Positions 50,331 through 63,368 of a stretch of DNA of 64,000 nucleotides are shown piece after piece. Position numbers and translations under genes: made by a program. The DNA is taken from positions 60,948,001-61,012,000 of the forward strand of contig CM052817.1 in NCBI GenBank assembly GCA_028534125.1, read 5' to 3'. The DNA is from Lama glama (taxonomy: Eukaryota). Numbering within the stretch: the first letter of the stretch is position 1; every line of letters starts with the position of its first letter. The notes under the pieces were generated by a model. That model did not search any database. It had not been told where the DNA came from and saw nothing but the letters and a program-made list of their open reading frames with translations.

Positions 50331-52459
50331 TTACTAATTAATTTTTTAATGTCTCAAAATTTTTTCTATAGGCTTATCTTTTTTAATTAAAAGAACTTTT
50401 ATGAAACATATTTATTACTGGATAAATATAGAAACAATGTGCATATAAAACAATTATAAATGTGTTTAATTATTTAATCAAGCTGCAGTAAAATATTTCC
50501 CTACTTCACTCCAAGTATTAAGAGGCCCCTTCATTCCACCTCGCTATTCTGCCTCTCATTCTCTAGGATTCTCAGTAATTCAACTGTCTGATCTTTCTCT
50601 CTTCTATTTTTTACAGCATCTATCTTCTTATTTCTGAATGTACAAAGTACAACCCAAATAGTTCTGAACACAAACACAGCAAGTATGCGTTTCTTCTTTT
50701 GGCGACAGTAGCTTTAGTAGTAACTGAAAGGCAGGGTAGATAATGTGACACGCGCTTTACTTTCAGCAGACTTGTTAATATCAGCTCTGAATTTTTCATG
50801 ATGGCTTCGGTAACCTGTAGCCTGGAGCTGAAGCTCTGGGGGTTTCCACCACAAAGAAGTGTATCAGCTGAGCTCTCACTTCCCATCTGGCACTGGGTGA
50901 CAGGAACAGTCAGGGGGGCTGCAGGAAACCTGAAGAAGAAAGCTGATGTGGGACACTCATTGTAGTGTATCAAAGGCTAAACATGTGCTGTTGTATGGAT
51001 GTATCTCTGAGACACTTGTTTATCACTGGCTTCAGAATCTACTTAGCCAGTGTGTTTAACGTTAGAGTCACCAGAACAGCTGCCGCTCGTGTAAGTAATA
51101 CCCTCATACACGGCGGCATCCTGATTTGCCAAACCAGATTCAGGACCTCTCGGCAGTGAATGTTTCATGCTGCCTGGCATGCTTCTTATTTACCCACACA
51201 GGCAGGCGTCCACGTGCAGGCACATACACAGACCACACGATCGAGATTCCGAGCTGTTTGAAATTGTAAACCATTTTCGTTCCATCACAAAGGTAACAAA
51301 ATGATCTCAAAGTTCTCAAAGAAGCTGTATTTTATGTCTGAAAGTCAAAAAAACAGAAGGTTGTTTGAAAGGGATGGGAGACTCAAATATATTCATATGT
51401 GAGAAGTCAAAAACAGTAAAAAAAAATTTTTTTTAAACAAAATTTGAGCATTTACCCTTCTTGAGTCTTATGGTGGTTCTATCATATTTATTGAAATACA
51501 TAGTTGCCCTCTTATATTTAGGAAATTGGGTCCCGATATACTTGATTTTATTTTAAAAAACTATAACAATTGAGATTTGCTCTGCAATTCTTAGAATGCA
51601 GGAGTATTTACAAGCACAATAGGAGCAAGGTATTCTCTTAATTGCAGTATTCTTTGGCCACATCCTTTGTTTCTATTCTATCAAGAGAGAAGTTAAATAA
51701 ATAATGCTTAGTTTGTACAGGGAAACAAATTGTAGAGCTCGTAATACTCCAGCCTTAAATAAGAAACAATGAAAAAGAATAAATATATATGTTGCTAGTA
51801 TGAGTTTTTAAAATTTTTCATCAGCAGAAAGAACCAGATCAACTTTTTGAAGTAATTCTCACTTTTATTTTCTTCTTATGTTTCACTATCTTCAGTCTGC
51901 CACTCCCATATTTCTCTAACTTATAGATGCATTTCACTGTTGCTTTTAAGTGTATGAAGGGTGTCATTTTAAAAAGCTGATTAACATTTACTAGCGTTTT
52001 CACCTCTTCAAGAAGGTTGACTTTCAATATTCAAATTGTATTAAGATAGTATAAAAAAGTATACATTTATAGATAAGTGTTAGCAACTAGAAAGTTGTAC
52101 AGATTTATTACAAGAAAACAGTTAAAATATTAAGCAAATAACTTTATCTACAATTATGAACTCAATACATTTTGATGACATTCTCCAACTATAGAATGAC
52201 TTTGTTGAAACCTACATAGGAGTGTCCTCATGTTTAGCTGTGCACAGTCCAGCATGTTCACAATCTTGTAAAGGATTAGGATTGATAATTCAGTAAGTTG
52301 AAGAGTTTCTCACTCTGTTTTTAAAATTATTTTACTGCAAAGGAATAATAAAGGTTTTAATAACTGAAGCCAACCTATGTTTTGTATAGCAGATGGAGAA
52401 CTGAAGATTATAATTTTAGCTCTTGAACAAAAATTAGACTCTTTTGACCATTATCCCTA

Positions 52460-53012
52460 CCTGTTCGGTTATGTTTGCTAAATAACAAATTACTTCCAAG
52501 CTTAGTGGCTTAAAACATCCATTTTATTTTGCTCATGACTTTGTGGGTCAAAAATTCTGGAAGGGTTTGGCTGCTCAGTTCTCACTAGGGGTCTCCCATG
52601 TGGTTGCAACCAGAGGCAGGTAGGGCTGAAGTTCTCAAAGTTCACCTGGTCTGGACATCCAAGATGGCTCACTCTTGTGACTGGCTCTTGATGCTGGCTG
52701 ACAAACGGGATCTCAATTGCATTGTCGACCAAAACACCTGTGCAAGGTCTCTTGAGCATGGTATTGGCTTCCTTACAGCACGGAGGCCCAAGGATAGTTG
52801 GGTTTCTTACATGGCAGCTCACAGTTCCAAACATAAGTGTTTCAGGGACAAAGGTAAAAGCTGCCTTGGAATTCACAAAACAGCACTTCTGCTGAATCGT
52901 ACTGGTTATGAGTGAGTCTCTAAGGCCAGCCCAGAGTCGGGGGAGGGGGCAGAATGGCCACTTCTTGATGGGAAGATTGCAAAAGATTTGTGGACATATT
53001 TTAAAATTATCA
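52460..53012 (-). mobile_element. MLT1 (F/G/H-like) LTR
   Basis: taacaaattacttccaagcttagtggcttaaaaca...ctggacatccaagatggctcactc. Confidence 0.8.
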
Positions 53013-53149
53013 CGCTGCCCTCTTTATGATAGCAGTAGATAGATCATTTGAAAGACAACATGGAAGTGCTAGGCCTTTTCACCATGAGCTCGATGAAGGA
53101 CTATCATTTTAATCAATGTAGAGCTCAGATCACCTCAAATACCTTGTAG

Positions 53150-53665
53150 TATCTACGACAGTTTGCATTTTCCAAAAATGACCATAACAGTATTTCTAGT
53201 CTCACCTGCTCTTTCAGAATCCTGCCACCTCCCCATCGAGAGGTAGAATCTCTTCCACATTGCCATGAAATCAGACAGACCTTTGAAATGATGGCCTTGA
53301 CAAATAGAGCACAGAAAAGTGACAATGCATGATTTCCAAGACTGGTTCACAAAAGATGCTTTGGTTTCTACCTGACATTCTCTCTTGGGAATGCTCACCC
53401 TTGGAACCCAGTCACCACAGGGTGAGGAAGCCCAAACTATTTGTGGAGACATGTCAAGATGCTTCAGTTGAGAGCCTTAGCTAAAGTCTCAGAGTCAACT
53501 GTGAGCCTTCAGATGACTCCAACCCCAGCCTTTGAGCCACTCTAGCTGATGCTGAGTGCAACAGAGATAAAGCTATTTCTGCCAAGCCTTTCCCCAATTG
53601 GGATCCATGGGTAAATTAATGTTTTGGAGTGATTTGTTATACAGCGGTAGATAACCAGAAACAGT
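53150..53665 (+). mobile_element. MLT1 (G/H-like) LTR
   Basis: ttccaaaaatgaccataaca...ccttggaacccagtcacca...gatttgttatacagcggtagataaccagaaaca. Confidence 0.8.
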
Positions 53666-54014
53666 GACTTCTAACCTGCAAGGCAGTATTGCATTTGAAA
53701 CAACAAAAGAACTATCTAGTTTGCAAATCAATCTTTGCTCTCAAGAGTAAAGCAGAAAACACATTTCAAATATTTTTTTGGAGTCAACAGAAATAAAGGC
53801 AGAATGGAATGGTTATCAATTTATAGATTCCCCAGGCTAGTCTTCAATTACTGAAGAAATCTAGTGTGGTGAATTTAGTAGTTTTCAAGCTCTATGACAC
53901 CACCAATAGATTTTTTAGAGCAGATTAATCAGAAATATGCTGTTACACACCCAGTTAACCTGAGAGAAAGTTCTTTCCTTTGAGGAATTGTGTATATGTG
54001 ATGCAGCTACAGAT

Positions 54015-54163
54015 AAACATTTATTGAGTTCTTATTATGTTCCAGGCACTGTTCTATGTGCTGGGAATACAGCAGTGAACAGAACAGTTGTTAATCTTCT
54101 CATGGAGTTTATATTCTAGGAAATGAATGAAGATGAACAAAAAATGGACAAATACAGAAGAGG

Positions 54164-54209
<46 letters not shown>

Positions 54210-55030
54210 TAGTATCAGTTGGTGATAAATGGAGGAAAATTCCAGAGAAGGAAGATAGCAAGCCCAAGGATGGACAGAAGGAGATAATCACATCTAGGGG
54301 TGGGCAGGGAAAGCCTCGCTGTGATGTTGAGATTTCAATAAAAACCTGAAGGGAACAACAGAAGTTATCTGGGAAAGGATGTTTCAGGGAACAGAAGGAG
54401 TGCCAGCATGGTGGTATAGTCTTGTAGAAGCAAGAAGGCCAGGTTGTTGGGGCCTAACCAGAGGAGGCCGCTGTGGGAAATAAAGGAAGGAGAGAAGGAA
54501 CCAGACTACCTAGGGCCTTCTCAGAAATTATAAGAATTTACTGTGCATGAGAAATTAATCTCTGGGAAAGGTTTGAACAAAAGGATGACATGATATAATC
54601 TGGATTTAAAAGGAGTCTTTGGGCTGCTGGAATGAGATTTCACAGTAGGGTCAAGAGTGGGCTAATCAGGCAGATGAAAATAGTGACTGGAACCAAGATG
54701 ATAATGATGGAGTGGTAAACGGGTGATTAAATTAGAATCCATTTTAATGATAGAAAACTAATAGATTTACTGATGGAATGAATTAGATATGAGTTTGAGA
54801 CAAGAAAAGAATTCAGGGATGACTCAAGATGTTTTCGAGTGAGCTGCTAGAATGATGAAGATGTTATTTATTCAGACGGTGAATACTGTGGGAGAAGATG
54901 CTTTGGTGGGCAGATCAGGAACTCTTTGGACATATTAAGTTCGAAATGTTTACTAGACATCCAGTTAAATAATAACTACTACAGTCTGAAGGTTAGTAGA
55001 AACATGGAATTATCAGTTTGGGAGTTTTCA
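54015..55030 (-). mobile_element. L2 3' portion with an internal (GATA)n microsatellite (54164-54208)
   Basis: aaacatttattgag...ccaggcactgttctatgtgctgggaatacagcagtgaacag is the antisense L2 3' end. Confidence 0.75.
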
Positions 55031-58000
55031 GTGTTTTGATGTTTCATCAGCTGGGAAAGTCCATCAAGGCATCTTCTGCTTTTTATGGGACCTGATGTAA
55101 ACAGTCATAAAGGGCAGGCCAACACTAATTCTGATCCACTATTTCATAGATTAGATATACCTGGAAAAGAACTCCTTATTCTCATGAAGGATTAAGAGAT
55201 AGTAAAACTGACTTATTAATACTGATTTTTTCTTTGAATTTGAACTCCACAGCACAGTCTACTTAGAAAACAGCATCTGTATCTAGCATTTTCTTTGCCT
55301 GAATATATTCACAATGTAGTGTTGCGGAAACAGTAAATTATTGTTAATGCAATTCAGTTGAAGAAAATCTTGCTTGAATATAGTTTGTATCTATAACTCT
55401 CAAAGTATTTCTCTTGGTAAGTGCTGTTATCTACCACAAATAACACGCCCTGACAGAAAGAAAGCAAGCAGAAATTGCACAGTCTTGCAGATAGCCAGTG
55501 AATTTGCATATTTGCATATATTTAAATATAACACATTATAATCAGAAATATCACCAGTTTGGCCCGATGCTTGAGTCATCTTCAACTTGCACACACAAGT
55601 GCAAATGTTGCTATCTGGGCCACATTTCATTCCTAGACTCAACAGTGCAAATTAAACCAGAGGGCCTAATGTAAATTAACTGAGTGCGCAATCCACAGAA
55701 ACACAGGGTTAAAAGTCACTTTATGACGGAACATCGGCATAGGAATTATGTATCAGAAACATTTACAAAGAGGCTGACTGTCAAAGAAGTTTAAGAGATG
55801 GGAATTGTCAGATCAGTCTCCTGACTGCTTTCCAACCCGTGAAAAAAGTGCAAGTGGAAGGACAGTATTTCAAAACAATATGGAGCTAAAATACCACATT
55901 TTTTAAAGAACTTTTGCTGCTTATTATATATGTTCTCGTACTATTTTCACTGTGTTTGCAAAGTTTTTCAGAGGAAGGGTTGCTAAACCTCAGGACAGGG
56001 GGTGGGGGGAGGGGAGAGGAGCCCACAGACAAATCAAGGTCATCATTAACATTTAACACCCTGAGAGAAAGACTGAGATTCACCTATTCACCCTTCCCTC
56101 TCCATTTAGCCCTGGTGGAGCTCAAGAGGGCAATGAATTAAATTTATTCCAGGCGGCCTGTGGTTTTAGCTCCCATGAGTGACAGACTGGTGTTGGAAGC
56201 AGCTATGAAAGCAGCTATGAAAGAGTATGCCAATCTGAGCCTGCACTCCATCGACAAGAGGAAAATGAATGAAAGTTAAACACATAGAAATTTAAAGCCA
56301 GCAAGTTTATGGTCGTGTGACTAAAAAGTTTAAGGTTAAAATACAAATTTGTATACTCTTATCTGCAAATTTCAAATCTGTGAACTTACAAAAATATTTG
56401 AAATTTTGTTGTCCCAAGTTTATAAGGAATACTTTGGTAGAAAGCTCATATGCATGTGTTTATTTTGTCATGCATAAAGCACAAAGCCATGTTATAATTC
56501 TATTTAATTATGGCATGGCTTTGTACAAAAAATGCCACAGCATTATAATTAAAGCCACCAGATGTCACTGTTTCGGATTATATTGTCATGTGCTAATCTG
56601 AAAATATGTGAACTTTTCATTACTCAGCTTGAAGAAATTTTGGGTTATTAATTTTACCATCAAAGAAATATTGCACTCAGGCTTTCTTGTAGGGATTTTT
56701 TTTCCCGTGGGTCTTAACTTTTCTATAATTCTTTCTGGTTATTTTTACAGTGGCTCTAAACTTAATTAGGGAATAGGAAAGATTTTCCCACCAGGAAGAT
56801 TTAGTATACACGAGTCGCTGTCAGAAGTCTTCCTTTGAAAGAACTTACATACAAACAGGACAACTTCTTACCTCCTCAAAAAACTTGAAAAAGGTGGGTT
56901 GGTTTGAAGGTGGACCGGTAATTTCCCAGTCCTCTGATTCTTTGATTTCAGTAGGATCAAATATTCAGTGTAGAGTTGGGCTTCGAGCTCTTTCTGCTTT
57001 AGCCTCTATTTTGAAAACTAGTTCTTCCTTACAGTGTGTCGTGGAGAGGTTCCATACCCTACGAATGATTACTGTTAACACAGGCTAGATCAACGACAGT
57101 TGATACAATTGGAGCAAAATTTTTTCTGTTCTATGTATCTTATATACAGGCTGTGTTTCCCTGTAAACAGTAACCTCATGTAGACAAAGTTCCTATCTAT
57201 TTAGTCTAAGTGAAACAAGGGATTTAATAATAAGAACATCGGTCTAGGAAGCTGATTAATGAGACAGATTTGGAATACACTAGAGTTTGGGATACCTAGT
57301 AATTCATATACTAGAGGGGAGAATTTATACCATTTACAAACAGAGGTTTATTTAATGATGTGATTGTGATATATGTTGAACCCAAGTTGGCTGATTAAAA
57401 AAAGGATCTCTTAAGAGTTCAGATGCAGTACCATTTTAAGGAACTGGTTTTTTTGTTTTGTTTTGTTTCGTTTTTAAGAGGGGACCATGCATGGTAGATG
57501 GAAAAGGATTTTTTATGTCTTTATAAATATTAGTTAAGTCCCACTAAATTTATGTTGATATGTTGTCAAAGGTCAGCAAAATCTACATAAAAAAGGAAAG
57601 AAAAAAATCCAGGAAAGTTTTGAGAAGTGAAAATGCCCTATCTGACATAGAAGCAAGTAGTAACAGCCACAAACCTGTCTGTGTACTTATGCCATTGTGG
57701 AATGTGGTTCAACATATGGAGAGCTTGGCCCTTTTGCTGTCAGCCCAGGGCAAGGGATGAATTACTCAGGTAAAATCAGGTTCCTTCTTCAATAGATGCA
57801 AAATATTTTCCCCATGAGATGTCTAACAGTTTAGGCAAAAAGCCATTGTGCAAAAAAGTAAGAAACTAGCCTTACACTGTTACATATAATTTTAAAATAA
57901 GTTTTAATGGTAGTTTAAACAAAACACAGGGGCAGACTGATATGATTTTCTTAGAAACATTATCATGAGGGGTGTCGGTAAAAATCTCCCATTCTAGTCT

Positions 58001-58530
58001 GCTTTATTGGAAGAAACTAAGGCAGTAGAGAAAGGGAAGAATCCACCATTCAGAGTTTACCTTTTTTTTTTTGCTTTTCTATAAAATCTTCTAGTTCCAA
58101 GTCAGTTATATTAAATTTCCCAAACAATTATTTTAAAAATTCAGTAATCAAGAACTAGACTAGATTAAAATTATGGACCTATTCTATTTCCGTGGACTTC
58201 CAGTCTTTTCATCGTGGGAGGGAGGAAGCAGGGAGAGCAGTACTGTTCAATCTGAAAAAGGACAAATGTCTCTGTTCTCCACTTGTATTTCCAAGTGTCC
58301 TCTTGGTTGTTGCTGTTGTTTTTTTCAGGACCTAGTCTCGGTGATACTGATTGTGACAAATTAGGGAAATTTGTCAGAACAGAACACTTTACAGGCTTAG
58401 AAATTCAGCTGAAATACTTCCCAGGTTAACATCTGCTTGGTCTTAGAAGATAAGGTTGTAAGCAGGGAGTAAAGAGAATGTCACTTTATAGCCAACGCCT
58501 TTCCATTTTTAAGTCTATTCAAGAAATAGA

Positions 58531-58605
58531 GTGGGGGAGGTGGGTGGGTACAGCTCAGTAGTAGAGCCCATGCATGAGGTCCTGAGTTCAATCCCCAGTA
58601 CCTTC
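58531..58605 (+). mobile_element. tRNA-derived lineage SINE head
   Basis: ggtacagctcagtagtagagc (A-box)...gaggtcctgagttcaatccccagtacc (B-box). Possible TSD gaaataga(g)tgg at ~58523 and ~58991. Confidence 0.85.
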
Positions 58606-58629
58606 AGAAAGAAAGAAAGAAAGAAAGGA

Positions 58630-58697
<68 letters not shown>

Positions 58698-58994
58698 AAA
58701 GAAGGGAAGAAAGAAAGAAAGGAAAGAAGGAAAGAAAGAAAGGATAGAAAGAAAAGAAAGAAAGAAAAGAAAAGAAAAGAAAGGAAGATAGAAAGAAAGA
58801 AAGAAAAGAAAAGAAAAAGAAAAGAAAAGAAAAGGAAAGAAAAGAAAAGAAAGAAAGAAAAGAGAAAGGAAGAAAGGAAGAAAGGAAGAAAGGAAGAAAG
58901 AAAGAAAAGAAAAGAAAAGAAAAGGAAAAGAAAAGAAAAGAAAAGAAAAGAAAAGAAAAGAAAAGAAAAGGAAAGGAAAGGAAAGGAAAGGAAA
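58606..58994 (+). repeat. Compound (GAAA)n/(GAAAA)n/(GGAAA)n polypurine tract
   Basis: 389 bp of A/G with only two T (58745, 58788). Confidence 0.97.
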
Positions 58995-60370
58995 TAGATG
59001 GGACTCCACATTCTAGTTGTCAGCTTGCTTGGTACAAAGCACAAAATCAATTGTGCGCCTAATCATTAAATCATACTTGTTTTATTTTATTTCGTCCTCT
59101 CAGCTGTCTTGGCTGTGCTTTTCCACTGGTCTCCAAGTCATAATACCAGCCTCGATTACCCAGCCTCCACACTCTGCTTATCTCCTTTACACTCACAGTC
59201 ACCTCTGAATTATAAATCTAGGTGAACAAGGAAGAAGAAAGAAAAGGGAAAACCTTTAAAAGATTTCATCCGGAGGTGAGGATGAATATTGAGGCTATCT
59301 TGCTGTGTACATTTACACATGTATTAGGTTCCTGCCAACTGCCTTAGTTCAGTTGGTAGAATCTAAGGTTTTCCACACATTTCATTTGTAATGGAATTTC
59401 AGCAAGTATAAGATTTACAATATTTTATTAATTACATGATTTACAATTATCATCCTTTCCTTATTTTCCCAGAACTCATGATTACATCACAACTATCCTG
59501 AAATATTTTACTAATAAAAGTGTGCCTCCCTAAGCTCTTCATCGTAAATATCTAGTTTCTTTATGTTTTAGTAACACATTCTGTTGCCCATGTTGTGAAC
59601 CAGTTCTTGCTCATGTCTTTTTAGCTGTCATGTATGGTAGGCTGGTTGGTTTTCTTGACCAGTTGTCTATTATTAGCCTCTTAATTTTGCTTCCAGGATT
59701 AGTTTCAGCTACTGTGGTGCAAGAGGCTCTAAATAGAAGGGATTATTGCACAGCCATAGGGTTGGGAGTTTATTGCTGCCTTTACTGTTGCATTTCCAGC
59801 ATCAGTTTGGGGAGGGGAGCTGATGGAGGTTACTGGTGGAGAAAGACTCATCGTCCCTTCCCAGATCATTCACTAGATTAATCTTCTTAGAAACAAGAGG
59901 AAAAATGTGTCTGCACTTTCCAGAAAGCAACCTTTTTGTAAATTCACCAAATAAAAGGACATTAAGCAAGAAAGGAAAAAATCAAAGAGTAATATACTGA
60001 AAATCACTAGTGCCCAAATTCCAAACTGGGATAATCAATTTAAGGCAATCACCTCCTCAGAAAAGAAAATTCCAGGATTTGTGATGAAGGTGGAGTAGCT
60101 AGACCTAAAATCCCAACTTGTATCCCTTGATTTCACCTTTCCCTTGGGGATGCCTAATTCCACCTGCCCCGTTATAATGGCCACTAGCAGAGGAGGGGCA
60201 TCCTCATCCCCATCAATCTTTTAATTCCTCATGACACAAGTGAGGCAAAGCTGGACCATTCTAACATGCAATTACTCGAGGCTAGGAGAATCTTAAAAGT
60301 GACATGAAATGGTAAGATACAAGGTAGTCTTTGAAATGTAAGTTGCCTAAATCCAGTTTTGTGGTTTCTT

Positions 60371-60676
60371 GAGCTGTGCTAACACAGTGGCTGTTAGCAA
60401 CGACGACTATTAAATACTTGAAATAAACAATAGTCCCAACTGAGAGGTACTGAAAGTATAAAATACACACTGTATTTCAAAGACTTAATACAAAAAAAGA
60501 ACATAAAATTAATAATTTTATATTGATTATATATTAAAATGATAATATTTTGGACATATTAGGTAGGTTAAATAAAATACACTACTAAAATTATTTTCAC
60601 CCATTTATTTTACTTTGAAGTGGCTGCTGGAAAATTTTAAATTACACATGTTTTGTGATATATTTCTACTGGACGG
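60371..60676. mobile_element. MER33-like hAT-Charlie DNA transposon
   Basis: aagtataaaatacacactgtatttcaaagacttaatacaaaaaaagaa...gtggctgctggaaaattttaaattacacatg...tatttctactggac. Confidence 0.7.
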
Positions 60677-60749
60677 TACATTAAAGAAATGCTCTGGCAA
60701 TATTTCTGCCTCGCTGTCAGCCTGCCACCATTGAGGAAACTTTTAGGAA

Positions 60750-60960
60750 TACACTGGCTTAGACTGGGAATTCTGACTGTAAGCAGACTTGAGTTTCCAC
60801 CCCAGTTCTCCACCTACTACCTGAGTGACTTTGGCCATATTTCTTAAACTCTCTGCCTCAACTGCCTCAGCTAAAAAATAGGGACAATAATATAGTGCCC
60901 TCTTGCATCATATGGTTACTGTGATGACCAGATGAAATTATAAATTTATTTGCCTCACAT
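60750..60960 (+). mobile_element. MIR SINE
   Basis: gtgactttggccatatttcttaaactctctgcctca...aaaatagggacaataata. Confidence 0.6.
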
Positions 60961-62464
60961 AGAGCATCATTAAGTTATGACTGGTGTTCTTTATACACTT
61001 GATTCCTGCTATCCAGGGACCCTCCTTAGCATTCTGAGCATTCTTAGATTCATCGCATCTAGGCTTAAGAGAGTAAAATTTCAAGAACACTCAATATTAT
61101 TCCCTCATCCACCTAAATAAATTATACCTTAGTTTTCCTGGTATAAACCTTTCCTGGCTAAACCTTCTGTAATGCATTGGACAGACCCCACCACTAACGG
61201 TCATACCCAGAATGACATCTTTTCAAAAGAGACCAGGCCAAGTAATGGGGATGTAATCTTACAGCCCACAGCTGGCTGATCAGTGCTCATATTAGAATAT
61301 GGAATACATACAGATATGGAATATATAGATCTAGTTGGCTCAGTACATAAATTAGCAAAATAAATCATCTGATATGGAAGAGGGAATCTGACATAAAATG
61401 TCATCAACTAGGGTGACAATAATACATTGAATAAACTGTCTTGTTTTGTTTTCTAGTGGAATTGTCTGATATAGCCCAGTAGTCAAAATCAGAATTAACA
61501 GAAAGAATGTTTATAATAGAAAATATTACTTTACTCTTGTAAAAACAAAACAAAACAAAACAAAACTCTGGTGGATTTGCACTTGGAACACTGCATTCAA
61601 ACTTAAAACAAGCATAAGATAAGAGTATTAAGCGCATAGCAACTGAAATAATCAAGAAGAAAAAAGTGCTTCTGAATACTAATAGAAAAAGAAAAACCCA
61701 AGTATGGAAACATAAAACCTGCGGTAATAATTAAAGACTAGAGGTGCAGGTTTGAATATGTATAATTTTTCTTATTAAAGTCCTTAATTCTAAAACTAGT
61801 ACACAACTCTAGAATTTGAAAAAGGCACTTTATTAATATTAAATGAGGTACTACTTTACTTGATACATTGCCCCAAGGGATAATACAGAAAATAAAGTTT
61901 GGAAGTCGGGTTAAACCAACTGATAGATGCTTAAGCTGTAACAGGACTTTTTAAAGGAAAGTAGAGATGCGTTGGAAATTGTCTAGAAGGCTGCTATACC
62001 CTCCCCCTTAAACAAGTTTTTGTGTTATTATTAGTGTTACAGAGGCTTATATCTTGGAATATAGACAGAAACTTCCTGGTTAACTATGATGGAAGAGACA
62101 GAAAGCAGGTATTTAGAATATAAACTAGAGAGGTAGCCACTTGGCTGCAAGAATGAAGAAGAAATGCAGCTCAGCAACAGACTGGGGTCAACACAGATGT
62201 GGGAAGGGCCATACCAGGTGGGACGTTTTAGGTGGTCTAACACACTTTCCCCTGTAGGCAGGTGGAGCCCAGTGGCACTATATTCAGGAGAAGCCTACTC
62301 AGAATCCAAGTTGGGGGCCAGTGGTGATTAGCTAGGGGCATTGTAACAGTTTGACCAGTTGTCAGGGACTGGATTCCAGATTCCTGGTGGTGTGGAAGAG
62401 GAAGAGGGAAAGGCTAGTAGGAATAAGGCAGAGCTTTGGTCCTAAATGGATTGTGGCTCTATGC

Positions 62465-62690
62465 TAGTGGTTCTCAACTGGGAGTGACTTCCCCCCAGGG
62501 ACATTTGGCAATGTGTGGACACATTTTTTATTGCCACTGTTTGTAGGGGGAGTGGGGTGGGAGCAACTGGCATCTAGCGGGCAGAGGCCAGGGATGCTGC
62601 TAAACCTTCTGTAATGCATTGGACAGACCCCACCACTAACGGTCATCTGGCCCCAAATGTCAATACTCATGCTGTCTAGAAACCCTTCTC
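62465..62690. mobile_element. MER20 hAT-Charlie DNA transposon
   Basis: agtggttctcaactgggagtgacttccccccagggacatttggcaatgt...ctggcatctagcgggcagaggccagggatgctgctaaac...aaatgtcaata...agaaaccct. Confidence 0.88.
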
Positions 62691-63224
62691 TAGACACATT
62701 TCTAAGACAAAACTTGGACAGAGAACATTGAAGTCTGAACTGGGTTATAAAGTGGGAACCGGGTGCTGGTGCAAACTTGACTAAACAGAGATCAGGATCA
62801 GCCTTGAAATGGTTAAAACTTGATACTGCATCCTCAGGTCTTAGGCCAGAATTAGGCAATGCGCTACAGAGGGAAAAAGGAAGCCTACATCCAACTGTAA
62901 GTTTCTGTGGTTCAAAAAAGTTTTATAAGCTTGACTTCCTTGCATGTAAAAGTGATACAACAGTGTCAGATCAGAGGGATATTGTGAAGATCACATGAGG
63001 CAATACAGCTAAAATGCCTACCATCTGACTTAGGACATCATTACACTAGGACAGCATGAAAGTTGCTGCACTGAACATGTGATATAGAAACTATGTATAC
63101 TCTTGGCAAATCAACAAAATATCTTGTGTCTTAATCTAATGAACATTTATAACTACTTGCACTCATTATTTGGCCTCTCGGCTACACTCACGACTGCAGT
63201 TGCTACGCTGTGTTCTAATTGCTG

Positions 63225-63368
63225 CTCCATTATCTGTCTTCCCAACTAGATGTGTATAAGCTGCAGAGGTGCAGGGGTGGCGTCTTTCCCATTCACGCAT
63301 AACCCCCGTGCCCAGCACACTGCCCGGCACATAAATAAATACAAAGGTTTCCAATAAATGAATGAACA
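63225..63368 (+). mobile_element. L2 3' end
   Basis: gtgcccagcacactgcccggcacata...caataaatgaatgaa. Confidence 0.7.

Noticed and set aside
52460..53665. Two adjacent MLT1 LTRs as the ends of one provirus
   Set aside because: Opposite orientations, dissimilar sequences and only ~140 bp apart; independent solo LTRs.
56049..56060. 12-mer acatttaacacc shared with enhancer B (10139-10150)
   Set aside because: Many 12-mer matches are expected by chance in 64 kb of AT-rich DNA; not significant without conservation data.
58515..59050. Phe/Leu/Ser-rich and Lys/Arg/Glu-rich ORFs
   Set aside because: Translations of the GAAA microsatellite.
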